This document shows, piece by piece, positions 28,598 to 37,456 of a DNA stretch of 64,000 bases. A program made the translations under genes and the position numbers. The stretch is taken from positions 1,300 to 65,299 of the forward strand of contig FR891307.1 of the NCBI GenBank assembly GCA_000435335.1, written 5' to 3'. How positions within the stretch are numbered: position 1 is the first letter of the stretch; the number at the start of each line of letters is the position of its first letter. The notes beneath the pieces were generated by a model. That model saw only the letters and a program-made list of their open reading frames with translations, did not search any database and was not told the DNA's origin. Source of the DNA: Clostridium sp. CAG:964. Lineage in GTDB: Bacteria > Bacillota > Clostridia > Oscillospirales > Acutalibacteraceae.

Positions 28598-29176
28598 TTA
28601 CATATCGTCTACTTTAACATCTGCGAATGCGATCTTATTGTCGTTATCAACTGAAGCCAACTGAGTAAGGGCACCATCACCTGAAAGAGTAACAGTATTG
28701 CCATCAATGTCTTTAGCATCGGTAGCATTTACAAAAACACACTTCTGAGCAGCTTTATTCCAGTATGGCTGATAATCCTTACCGTTGTATGAAACCTTGC
28801 CGAAGCCATCAGCAATGCCCTTTACAGCAGCTACCTCTTGAATCACGATATTAGCATGATCTGTCTTAGCATCGTGAATAGTTACAGAAGGAGTTGCAAA
28901 TTTACCGCTGTCAAGCGTTACTGTCTTACCGGACTTATAAACCTCATTATTGCCTGAAGCTATGTAAGACTGACACTCTTTAACTGCCAACTCAATTGAC
29001 TGAGCGTTTGAAAGAGCACCGTTCTTGGAAGCAGTGTTGATAATTGAGTTTACAACAGGAATTGCGATAGCTGCCAGGATAGCCAGAATAGCGATAACTA
29101 CTACCAACTCAACCAGTGTGAAACCCTTTTTGCTGTTTTGAAGTTCAGCTTTTTTTGTTGTGATTGCATTTGTCAT
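28598..29176 (-). CDS. pilA1: Type IV pilin (likely major pilin)
   Basis: Leader MTNAITTKKAELQNSKKG|FTLVELVVVIAILAILAAIAIP with Glu+5. The start is assigned to the ATG at 29176, preceded by AAAGGAG. It has its own promoter and terminator. Confidence 0.8.
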   Translation of the reverse strand: MTNAITTKKAELQNSKKGFTLVELVVVIAILAILAAIAIPVVNSIINTASKNGALSNAQSIELAVKECQSYIASGNNEVYKSGKTVTLDSGKFATPSVTIHDAKTDHANIVIQEVAAVKGIADGFGKVSYNGKDYQPYWNKAAQKCVFVNATDAKDIDGNTVTLSGDGALTQLASVDNDNKIAFADVKVDDM

Positions 29177-29285
29177 TTTAAAATTTCTCCTTTTAAAAAT
29201 ATAATAAAATGTATCGTGAAAGTTGAGCATACCACCACGAGCCTTTTCCGCACAGCCCGATATGCACTTTCTTAGTACGGTTGTT

Positions 29286-29313
29286 ATTATAACATCCCTG
29301 CAGTCATATGTAA
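29286..29313 (-). promoter_or_regulatory. Near-consensus sigma-A promoter for pilA1
   Basis: Minus strand TTACAT-16 nt-TATAAT, about 110 nt upstream of the pilA1 start. Confidence 0.5.
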
Positions 29314-29412
29314 ATACACATATTGTTAAAATTTGGAGTATTAAATTTGTTCAAAAAGGCTTAATATATAAAATGATTATTGTATCTCGATAAAAGTTCG
29401 TCATTATCACGA

Positions 29413-29949
29413 TTAAAGTGCCGACTTCGAATAATTGTTCTGCCAAGAAATAATGTCATATTTTCCTACAACATAGCCTCCGTCGCTTTCGGTGGAAATC
29501 TGACAAAGGTTATACGACATTGCCGGCGGCAGTGTACTGCCGTTTATATCTCTTAACAAATGGCCGCCGTGACCGTCGCTTACCAGCAGTATACAGCTGT
29601 CGCTTGTTTTGTCCCATACCGGAACAAACTTTTCGCCGAAAACGGTTTTATACTCAAGCGCAGCCTCAATTGAGTTTTCCTTAATAACATCGCTTAACGA
29701 CGGCTTAATGCCCTTTTTAATGCCGGGGTAATTATCGGCGGTTTTGTTTATGTACTCAGCCTGTGCCGTTCTAACGGCATACTCAATGGTTTGTGCATTG
29801 GCTACAGCGGCATTTTTTGCGGCTGAGTTTAATATGGAGTTTACCACAGGAATGGCAATAGCCGCCAGTATAGCAAGTATAGCAATAACCACTACCAATT
29901 CCACAACCGTAAAGCCCTTTTTGCTTTTGTAAAATATTTTGCTTGTCAT
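29413..29949 (-). CDS. pilA2: Type IV pilin paralog
   Basis: Leader MTSKIFYKSKKG|FTVVELVVVIAILAILAAIAIP. The first ~45 mature residues are nearly identical to PilA1; the C-terminal domain is divergent. Confidence 0.8.
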   Translation of the reverse strand: MTSKIFYKSKKGFTVVELVVVIAILAILAAIAIPVVNSILNSAAKNAAVANAQTIEYAVRTAQAEYINKTADNYPGIKKGIKPSLSDVIKENSIEAALEYKTVFGEKFVPVWDKTSDSCILLVSDGHGGHLLRDINGSTLPPAMSYNLCQISTESDGGYVVGKYDIISWQNNYSKSAL

Positions 29950-30028
29950 TTTTCAGCCCTCTTCTTTCTTTTGCTTTATCTTATCTTAATTCTTTTATCA
30001 TCTTTTTCATTATCATAAATCCTGTACC

Positions 30029-30067
30029 CTATACTATATTCCTATACTATATTTCTATACTATATTA
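30029..30067. repeat. 3 x 13-bp direct tandem repeat (ctatactatattY) in the pilus-operon promoter region
   Basis: ctatactatattc ctatactatattt ctatactatatta at a perfect 13-bp period, about 80-120 nt upstream of the pilA2 ATG. Confidence 0.7.
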
Positions 30068-30070
30068 ATG

Positions 30071-31309
30071 TTACCTTTTTCTGCGTATAAACGAGCCTGC
30101 CGGTATTTCAACGGCACAAGGCACCGCAAGCTTTTCCATAGGGTGCGGTGCCGACTGCACCGACTCGCCGTTGTGGTTGAAAATTTTCTCTGCCGTTATT
30201 TTAAAGGACTCGCCCATAGGCGGCAGAACATCGAGCTGTTCGCCCACAGAAAATTTATTTTTCTGCGTTAAATATGCAGTGCCGTTTTCCCAGCTGTCAC
30301 AAATAGCAACTACATCATACTCACGAATATAGCCGCCGTTGGAATGTACCTGCCCCGGCTCCTTGCCAAGGAAAAAGCCCGTGCTGTACTCACGGTGACT
30401 GATTTTGTTAAGCTCCTCGCCTATCCATGCCGGCAAGGTGTAGCCCTGCTTATCCTTATAATACAGGTCTACCGCACTGCGGTAAGCGTGGGTAGTTACA
30501 GCCGCATAATAAGCCGACTTTGCCCTGCCCTCTATTTTCAAGCTGGTAATGCCGCTTTCGATAAGCTGCGGAATGTAGTCTATCATACACATATCTCTGG
30601 AATTATAAAGATATGTTCCGTCAGCGTCCTGCTCTACGGGGAAAAACTGCCCCGGACGGTTTTCTTCGTACAGGTGGTACTTCCACCTGCAGGGCTGTGC
30701 ACAGTCGCCACGGTTGGCGTCTCTGCCTGTCATATAGGCAGAAATCAGGCATCTTCCGCTAAAGGATACGCACATAGCACCCTGCACAAAGCACTCAATT
30801 TCAAGCTCCCTTGGCACCCTTGCCCTAATTTCGGCAATGTCCTCAAAGCTTAGCTCTCTGGCAAGCACCACCCTGCTTGCACCCATATTGTACAGTGTGT
30901 TGGCAGTGTGATAGTTCATAATTCCCGTTTGTGTAGACATATGAATATCAACATTTGGTGCATATTTTTTAGCTAAATCCATTACACCAATATCCGCAAC
31001 TATTACAGCGTCTGCTCCACAACTGTTTAAAAACTCGAAATACTGCGGCAGTCTGGCTATTTCCTTGTTGTCGGGTACTGTGTTGCAGGTAACATACAGC
31101 CTTGCACCGACTGCATGGGCCTTTTTTACTGCCGAAATAAGCTGGTCGTTGTCAAAATTTTTAGAGGCAGTACGCATGCCAAACTCCTTGCCCGCCAAAT
31201 AAACGGCGTCTGCACCAAACCTAAGGGCGGCGTCTAGGCTTTCTTCCTCGCCGCAGGGTGCAAGCACCTCTGTGGGGTGGTTGTATCTGAATATTGGCAA
31301 ATTTATCAC
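30071..31309 (-). CDS. Peptidase U32 family protein
   Basis: 412 aa. The U32 signature ECFVQGAMCVSFSGRCLIS. Confidence 0.8.
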   Translation of the reverse strand: MINLPIFRYNHPTEVLAPCGEEESLDAALRFGADAVYLAGKEFGMRTASKNFDNDQLISAVKKAHAVGARLYVTCNTVPDNKEIARLPQYFEFLNSCGADAVIVADIGVMDLAKKYAPNVDIHMSTQTGIMNYHTANTLYNMGASRVVLARELSFEDIAEIRARVPRELEIECFVQGAMCVSFSGRCLISAYMTGRDANRGDCAQPCRWKYHLYEENRPGQFFPVEQDADGTYLYNSRDMCMIDYIPQLIESGITSLKIEGRAKSAYYAAVTTHAYRSAVDLYYKDKQGYTLPAWIGEELNKISHREYSTGFFLGKEPGQVHSNGGYIREYDVVAICDSWENGTAYLTQKNKFSVGEQLDVLPPMGESFKITAEKIFNHNGESVQSAPHPMEKLAVPCAVEIPAGSFIRRKR

Positions 31310-31517
31310 CTATCCTTTCTTATATTGCTTTGGCATTAGGCTGTTTTTTTACTGAATTTTTTTATTATAAATACTTGCAGAGCCGCAGAAAACGGCACAT
31401 ATTCATAACAGACATTCGTTTTTGCACACTCTGCCAATAAAAAATTTTCCGCACTGTATTACGGGAAAACGGCTTTCCGAAAAAGTAACGAAAAGCCGTT
31501 TAATTTTAATGGTTATA

Positions 31518-33197
31518 TTATGACAAACCGGCCGCTGCCATATTTGACTGGTGCTCTGCAAATGTAGAAGCATAGTAAGCCTTTGCCTCCTGTGTGGTTG
31601 TAGCAGAACGGTGACAGAAGTAATAGTAGTTTGTATCGTCCGGATTAATTGCGGCGTCAATAGCGTCAAGTCCCGGATTACATATTGCTCCCGGCGGCAA
31701 ACCGGAAATATCGTAGGTGTTGTAGTTGCTCTTGAAGGTAGCCGCTATTTCGGACGGAATATCGTCCTGTGCACTGTATGGATAGTAAAGAGTAGCGTCA
31801 GACTTCAGCTTGTCCAAATCAAGGTCGCCAAACGGTGAAACGCCGCCTGAGTCTATAGTGGAAAGTCTGTTATAGAATACCGAGGATACCACATACATAT
31901 CCTTTGTGTCGGCGGCCTCTGCCTGTACAAGAGACGCCATTTTAACAACATCGTTAATCGTTTTGCCCTTGTCCTCTATAATAGTTTTAAGAGTAACGGC
32001 GTCTGTATAGCCGCTGACATTTTGAGTATCAACGCACATTTTCTGTTGGAAGTTGTTTAAGAAGCGGCGAACGCTGTCCTTTGCGTCCTCGCCAATGTAG
32101 AATTCGTAGGTATCCGGGAACAAATATCCCTCAAGCCTGTAAACGCACTTGTCGTTTTCAGGTATATCCTTTAGGAACTCAAACTCATCGTCAAAGTCAT
32201 GAGAGTTGCAGTAGCTTAGGAACTTGTCTGCCTTGCAAACCTTTTTGTCCTCAAGTGCCTCGGCAACCTGCATAACCGTCATACCCTCTTTAAACTGTAT
32301 GGTAACCGTATCGGTAAGAGCCTGACCTGACCTTAGGGCACTGAGTATAGCCTCGTAGTCCATATTTGGACGCATATTGTATATGCCCTCTTCAAAGCCT
32401 GTGGTTTTATTTGTAATGGTAGCAAACAAACGGAAAAACGGCTCATTTTTAATAAGGTCGTTTTTAACCAGCATATCCACAACATCGTCAAAGGTTACAT
32501 CCTTGTCAAGGTCTAAAACCACATTTTCGCCGTCCTCCGGACGGTTAATGCCAAGCAGGTCGCTCATACCGTTCCAAATGTACATACCCAAAACCACCGA
32601 TATTGCCACAACCATACACAGCCAAATTAAACGGAACATACAGCCGTTTTTCTCTGCCTTTGCCTTTTGGCGTGCCTTTTCGGACTTGCGGTAATTCTTT
32701 AGGGCCTTCTTTTCCTCCTTGTACATTTTATGCTTCTGCTCAGCGTTGGAAAAGCTGGAAATCTCCTCGGAGGCGTCTTTGGCTTCAATATCCTCTATGC
32801 CCAACATATCCTCATCGGCAAGAGCGTCATCCTCCGGAACCTGGTCGGCGTCGGTATATTTATGCAGAGAATATTTGTCGGAAAAATCATCTGCCATCAT
32901 TTTAGACGGTGCGTCGGTATCTATGCCGTTCTCATCGTCAGCGTTATTATTGTCATTATTATTGTCGTTATCAATTTCAAAATTATATTTGTCTGTACCC
33001 TTGGTGCTTTCAGACCTGCTGTCTGTATTGCTTTCATCGGCACCGGTGCTTTCTTCTGTGCCGATACTGTCAGCTGTCGGCGGCACCGCATCGGTATTTT
33101 CGGCTGCGGTATTAATGTTAAGCTTAAAGGCTTCTACACGCTTTTTTCTTGCCGCCTCAATATCAGCAGAAAAGTCAGTTTTAATGTCGTCACTCAT
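31518..33197 (-). CDS. mltG: Endolytic murein transglycosylase MltG (YceG family) with a long acidic/Asn-rich N-terminal disordered region
   Basis: C-terminal YceG domain. The start is assigned to the ATG at 33197, preceded by GAAAGGAA. The N-terminal cytoplasmic tail is D/E/N-rich with poly-N/D, followed by a TM helix. Confidence 0.8.
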   Translation of the reverse strand: MSDDIKTDFSADIEAARKKRVEAFKLNINTAAENTDAVPPTADSIGTEESTGADESNTDSRSESTKGTDKYNFEIDNDNNNDNNNADDENGIDTDAPSKMMADDFSDKYSLHKYTDADQVPEDDALADEDMLGIEDIEAKDASEEISSFSNAEQKHKMYKEEKKALKNYRKSEKARQKAKAEKNGCMFRLIWLCMVVAISVVLGMYIWNGMSDLLGINRPEDGENVVLDLDKDVTFDDVVDMLVKNDLIKNEPFFRLFATITNKTTGFEEGIYNMRPNMDYEAILSALRSGQALTDTVTIQFKEGMTVMQVAEALEDKKVCKADKFLSYCNSHDFDDEFEFLKDIPENDKCVYRLEGYLFPDTYEFYIGEDAKDSVRRFLNNFQQKMCVDTQNVSGYTDAVTLKTIIEDKGKTINDVVKMASLVQAEAADTKDMYVVSSVFYNRLSTIDSGGVSPFGDLDLDKLKSDATLYYPYSAQDDIPSEIAATFKSNYNTYDISGLPPGAICNPGLDAIDAAINPDDTNYYYFCHRSATTTQEAKAYYASTFAEHQSNMAAAGLS

Positions 33198-33324
33198 TAG
33201 CTGTGTTCCTTTCTTCAAGTCATAAGACCTAATAGTATTGGCTGTAGAAATTGCACCATATACCAGTACATATAAATATAGCAATATACAGCACAGCTTT
33301 GCAAATTATATAATAACCTAAATT

Positions 33325-33912
33325 TCACTTTTTTGCAATAAATTTTGTAAAATTATCTGTAATTATGTAATCTACACAGCTGTCAAAGCGGCCGTGCAAA
33401 ATACAGCGGCTTACGCAGGCACTAAAGCACAGGCCCACCCTTACGCCTGTAAAATCAGCAAGGTACCTGTCGTAATAGCCCTTGCCGTAGCCCATTCTGT
33501 AGCCGTTTCTGTCAAATGCAAGGGCAGGCACAAGTATAAGTGCCGACTTATCCTCTGCCCTGTTGTCAGGGCTTGGCGTTGGCTCCGGCACGCCAAAGGT
33601 GCCTCTGCTAAGCTGCCGAATACTGTCAATAAAGTAAAACTGCATATCAGATGTATGTGGTATGCAGTATGGAACGGCAACCCTTTTGCCAAGCTCAAGG
33701 GCATAATTAATAATCCTGTCTGTGCTTACCTCATCATTAATAGACGCATATGCATAAATTGTGCGGGCGTTTTTAAACATTTGGCTGTCTGCCAGCGTTT
33801 GAAAAATTTTGTCACTAAGCTGCTGCCTTTGCAGAACAGACATTTCACGGCGTACAGCCCTGTATTTTTCTCTTAGCTGATTTTTACAGCTGCCAAGGCT
33901 TGCCTTAATCAT
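33325..33912 (-). CDS. 5-formyltetrahydrofolate cyclo-ligase
   Basis: The motif LILVPALAFDRNGYRMGYGKGYYDRYL is typical of 5-FCL/MTHFS. Confidence 0.8.
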   Translation of the reverse strand: MIKASLGSCKNQLREKYRAVRREMSVLQRQQLSDKIFQTLADSQMFKNARTIYAYASINDEVSTDRIINYALELGKRVAVPYCIPHTSDMQFYFIDSIRQLSRGTFGVPEPTPSPDNRAEDKSALILVPALAFDRNGYRMGYGKGYYDRYLADFTGVRVGLCFSACVSRCILHGRFDSCVDYIITDNFTKFIAKK

Positions 33913-34462
33913 AATTATATGGACACTGGAGTGATTCTAATACAGTATTGGCAGTTTCTTTATTTTTAAACAGCTCAAGCAGCTGCAGTGCAAAAGGAAT
34001 TGTTGCACCCATACCCTTGCCTGTTACAACCAAGCCGTCTGTTACTGCAAACTCGTTTACATACTCTGCACCCTCAAGCTTGTTTTCAAAGCCCGGGAAG
34101 CAGGTTGCTTTTTTGCCGTTAAGAATACCCATTTCGCCAAGCACCGACGGTGCGGCACATATTGCACCGATAACATAGCCCTTTTCAACACAATAATTAA
34201 TACACTGGTGAACTATTAAGGATACCCCCAGATTTATAGTACCCGGCATACCGCCCGGCAAAACTATACCACGCAGATTTTCAAAAACAATTTCAGCCTC
34301 GTTAATATCTGCTGTTACGGTTATTTTGTGTGAAGATGTTACCTGCTTGCCGTTTGTACCCACAGCCACGGTTTGAACATCAAGCTTTCCTCTTCTTAAA
34401 ATATCTACTGTTGTAAGTGCCTCTGTTTCCTCGAAGCCGTCTGCTAAAAATACATAAATCAT
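33905..34462 (-). CDS. DJ-1/PfpI (ThiJ) family protein
   Basis: Class I glutamine amidotransferase-like fold. The conserved Cys context AICAAP is present. Confidence 0.7.
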   Translation of the reverse strand: MIYVFLADGFEETEALTTVDILRRGKLDVQTVAVGTNGKQVTSSHKITVTADINEAEIVFENLRGIVLPGGMPGTINLGVSLIVHQCINYCVEKGYVIGAICAAPSVLGEMGILNGKKATCFPGFENKLEGAEYVNEFAVTDGLVVTGKGMGATIPFALQLLELFKNKETANTVLESLQCPYNYD

Positions 34463-34547
34463 AATAAAATAAACTCCTTTCATATGTCGGCAATACTGCC
34501 GATTTTACACAGAATATTTCCGTGGAAATACTCCGCACTTTGAAAAA

Positions 34548-35225
34548 TTACAGCTCTGCCTCCCTTTTTGCCAGCTCAAAAACCTCGTCGCTTATATCCT
34601 CTATAGACCGTGGCTTGCCGTTTCTTGCACAGCTTACCACATTCCAGTTGAGTATTTGTGCGGCATACAGGGCAGAATTTCTGCATTCCTTTAAAAATTC
34701 AAAATTCTTCTCATGAAGATCCTTTTTATTTTCGTCGCCGTTATAGCGTTTTGCAAGAAGCTGTTGAGAAACCTCAACAGGCATATCAAGGTAAATTACA
34801 GCGTCCGGCTTTGGCAGCTGCAGCTGCTTGTACTCGTAGGTATCAAGCCAATGTAAAAACGACGGCTTTTCCCTGTTTGCAACCTTTGACAGCTGATATA
34901 TTGCGTTTGATGTAGTATATCTGTCTGCAATAATTATACAGCCGCTGTTATAGTCCTTTTCCCAAAACTGCTTAAAGCTGGCATACCTGTCAACTGCATA
35001 AAAGGAGGAGGCGGCATAAGCGTTTACATCGTCCGGACTGGAGCCAAGCTCACCGCCCAAGTACATTTTTACAAGGGCCGAGGACGGGTTGCTGTAGTTA
35101 GGAAAGCTTATGTGCTTTACCCTTGGAAAGCTTTGCATAAGCCTTTGCGTAAGCTCTGCTGTCTGCGTTGCCTTGCCGCAGCCGTCAAGCCCCTCTATTA
35201 CTATTAATTTGCCTTTACTGTTCAT
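34548..35225 (-). CDS. tmk: Thymidylate kinase-like (dNMP kinase family)
   Basis: P-loop IVIEGLDGCGKATQ and DRY-like IADRYTTSNAIYQ. 225 aa. Confidence 0.65.
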   Translation of the reverse strand: MNSKGKLIVIEGLDGCGKATQTAELTQRLMQSFPRVKHISFPNYSNPSSALVKMYLGGELGSSPDDVNAYAASSFYAVDRYASFKQFWEKDYNSGCIIIADRYTTSNAIYQLSKVANREKPSFLHWLDTYEYKQLQLPKPDAVIYLDMPVEVSQQLLAKRYNGDENKKDLHEKNFEFLKECRNSALYAAQILNWNVVSCARNGKPRSIEDISDEVFELAKREAEL

Positions 35226-35250
35226 AATAACACCTTCACATATTATATAA

Positions 35251-36057
35251 TCAGAAATTTTTAAAAAATTCTCTTACCTGCTGAGCTTTGCCGCAGGACA
35301 TTTTGCCCTCCGGACAGGCACCGTTTAGGCAGCGAGGCCCTGCGTCCTTAAACAGTGCCGGAGCAACCCCTCTGCACAGCTTAAGCATTTCTATAGCAAG
35401 CTCTCTAATCTCCCACTGTGCCCTGTTGCAGCACCTGTGGTTAAAAAAGTTATGCAGAGAACGAACATTCATTGTAACTACTATTGAGGTAGTGCAGGCG
35501 TTCGGCAGAATAAAGCGTGCGTCCTCGTTTGCTTTTTTTATAAAGGCAGAGCACTGCTTTTTATTAATTTCCTTGTATGCATTAATAATTTCATCCTGTG
35601 TGCCTGAAAGCAGGCTGCCGTCCTCGGACTCCTTTATGCTTTTGCACACAAGAGCATCTCTTACCGCAGAATACGCCCTGCTCTGCTGTTCTATGGCACT
35701 GTTGTACGCCTGCAAGGCCTGTGGACATTCTGAAATTGCCGGCGGTATAACAAAGCCGAAGCTGTTGCCGTCGACATATCGCTGCGACTGCTGGCTGTAT
35801 GACGCTATTCTGTGTCTTACAAGCTGATGAGAGCAGGCTCTTGAAATACCGTCAATACCAAAGGTAAACGACACATGCTCCATAGGACTTTCGTGCCCCA
35901 AGGACGAAAGCATTTCAACAAAGGAGCGGCTCTTTTCTTCATCTAAGCCCTCCAGTATATTTTCCACCTTAGAAGGCGAATAGCACAGCTTTGCGGCGGC
36001 GGCTACAACCTGCTCCGGATTAGGCGTATGTGCTATCAGTTTAACAGTAATTGACAT
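35251..36057 (-). CDS. thyX: Flavin-dependent thymidylate synthase
   Basis: The ThyX motif RHRIASYSQQSQRY (RHRxxSxxxxSxR). The start is assigned to the ATG at 36057, with GGGAGG upstream. Confidence 0.85.
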   Translation of the reverse strand: MSITVKLIAHTPNPEQVVAAAAKLCYSPSKVENILEGLDEEKSRSFVEMLSSLGHESPMEHVSFTFGIDGISRACSHQLVRHRIASYSQQSQRYVDGNSFGFVIPPAISECPQALQAYNSAIEQQSRAYSAVRDALVCKSIKESEDGSLLSGTQDEIINAYKEINKKQCSAFIKKANEDARFILPNACTTSIVVTMNVRSLHNFFNHRCCNRAQWEIRELAIEMLKLCRGVAPALFKDAGPRCLNGACPEGKMSCGKAQQVREFFKNF

Positions 36058-36295
36058 TTTGCTTTCCTCCCGATAATACCGATTTTTCAAAGGAGCACCG
36101 CACAGGTTGTGGCGGCGTGCGGTGCTGTTCTAAATAGATATTTTAACATAACAGCAGACATACTTCAACAAAAAAGCCGCAAATTAGTCGCAAATCTATT
36201 AAGTACCCCTACAAAATGTGTTAAAACAAAAAAGGAACTCCCTAAAAAATTTAGGAAGTCCTTTTAATTACCTGTGCTAGTATGCCATACTAAAA

Positions 36296-36559
36296 TTACT
36301 CTGCAAAGCCCGACGCAACAAGCTGTACAAGACCGTCAACAGCAGCAGCCTCATCGTTGCCGTCTGCAATAATTTTAATTGTTGTACCGCCAACAATGCC
36401 CAAAGAAAGTACGCCAAGCAAGCTTTTTGCGTTTACCCTTCTTTCATCCTTCTCTACCCAAATAGAAGCCTTGTATTCATTGGCTTTCTGAATAAAAAAG
36501 GTTGCAGGACGAGCATGAAGACCAACCTGGTTTTGAACCTCTACTTCTTTAACATACAT
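36296..36559 (-). CDS. ptsH: Phosphocarrier protein HPr
   Basis: MYVKEVEVQNQVGLHARPA with the active-site His15 and the regulatory Ser46 region LGIVGG. The start is at 36559, with GAGGG upstream. Confidence 0.85.
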   Translation of the reverse strand: MYVKEVEVQNQVGLHARPATFFIQKANEYKASIWVEKDERRVNAKSLLGVLSLGIVGGTTIKIIADGNDEAAAVDGLVQLVASGFAE

Positions 36560-36946
36560 AATAAATCCCTCGCACTCATTGTAATTTGTTATCATGAAAT
36601 TTGATATTGCTATTATAGCACAATAGAATAAACCGTCAAGAAAATTTAATAAAGTTTAGATTTTATGTCATTATTTTTTTAATAATGCTTTATTTTTTTA
36701 GTTATTTTGTCTATTGAAATATTCATTTTTAATTATTATTTTTTCCTGTTTTTTACAGCAAGTCACAAAATTACTGCAAAGTATACAAAATATTTGAGCA
36801 GTCTGTAAATAATACCTCTAAAATATTTATTGAGAAACAAAAATAACCGTACAATAAAATAACAAAGCTGTTTTAATGTCTTCGGTTGAAAAAAAACAGC
36901 TGTTATGATAAAATTAAGCTACTAATTTTTAAGGATGTACTAACAT

Positions 36947-37456
36947 ATGGAACAATATTTAGAAATAGGCAAGGTTGTAAGCACACATGGCCTGCGAGGT
37001 GAATTAAGAGTCGACCCTTGGTGTGACTCTCCGCAGTTTTTATGCCAATTTAAAACACTGTATCTAAAAAAGGGTGAAACAAAGCTAAGCGTAAGCTCAA
37101 GGCCTCACAAAACCATTGCCATAGTTAAGGCAAAGGGAATTGATACTATTGAAGAAGCCGAAAAGCTTAGAGGAAGGGTTCTATATATTAACCGCAGTGA
37201 CGCAAGGCTTGCACCGGGTGAGTACTTTATACAAGACCTTATGGGACTTGATGTAATTGACATTGACACAAGCAAAAGCTACGGCAAAATTACCGATGTT
37301 TTAAAAACAGGTGCCAACGATGTTTACCAAGTGACCGACGAAAAGAAAAAGGACTACCTTATACCGGTAATAGATGATGTTGTAAAGGAAATAGACATAA
37401 ACGGCGGCAAGGTTTTAATTAAGCCCTTGAAAGGAATATTTGACGATGAGGATTGA
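36947..37456 (+). CDS. rimM: 16S rRNA processing protein RimM
   Basis: 169 aa. RimM N-terminal domain and PRC barrel. GHGLRGE-type motif (THGLRGELRV). Confidence 0.85.
   Translation: MEQYLEIGKVVSTHGLRGELRVDPWCDSPQFLCQFKTLYLKKGETKLSVSSRPHKTIAIVKAKGIDTIEEAEKLRGRVLYINRSDARLAPGEYFIQDLMGLDVIDIDTSKSYGKITDVLKTGANDVYQVTDEKKKDYLIPVIDDVVKEIDINGGKVLIKPLKGIFDDED

Noticed and set aside
32377-33225. Several overlapping plus-strand ORFs (Ser/Leu-rich) opposite the mltG N-terminal region
   Set aside because: They are antisense to the acidic low-complexity tail of mltG. Repetitive GA-rich coding sequence generates long spurious frames.
36092-36130. GC-rich hairpin (agcaccgcac...gtgcggtgct) between ptsH and thyX
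   Set aside because: It could be a ptsH terminator or a thyX 5'-UTR structure, but it lacks a clear U-run on the transcribed strand. Not called as a feature.
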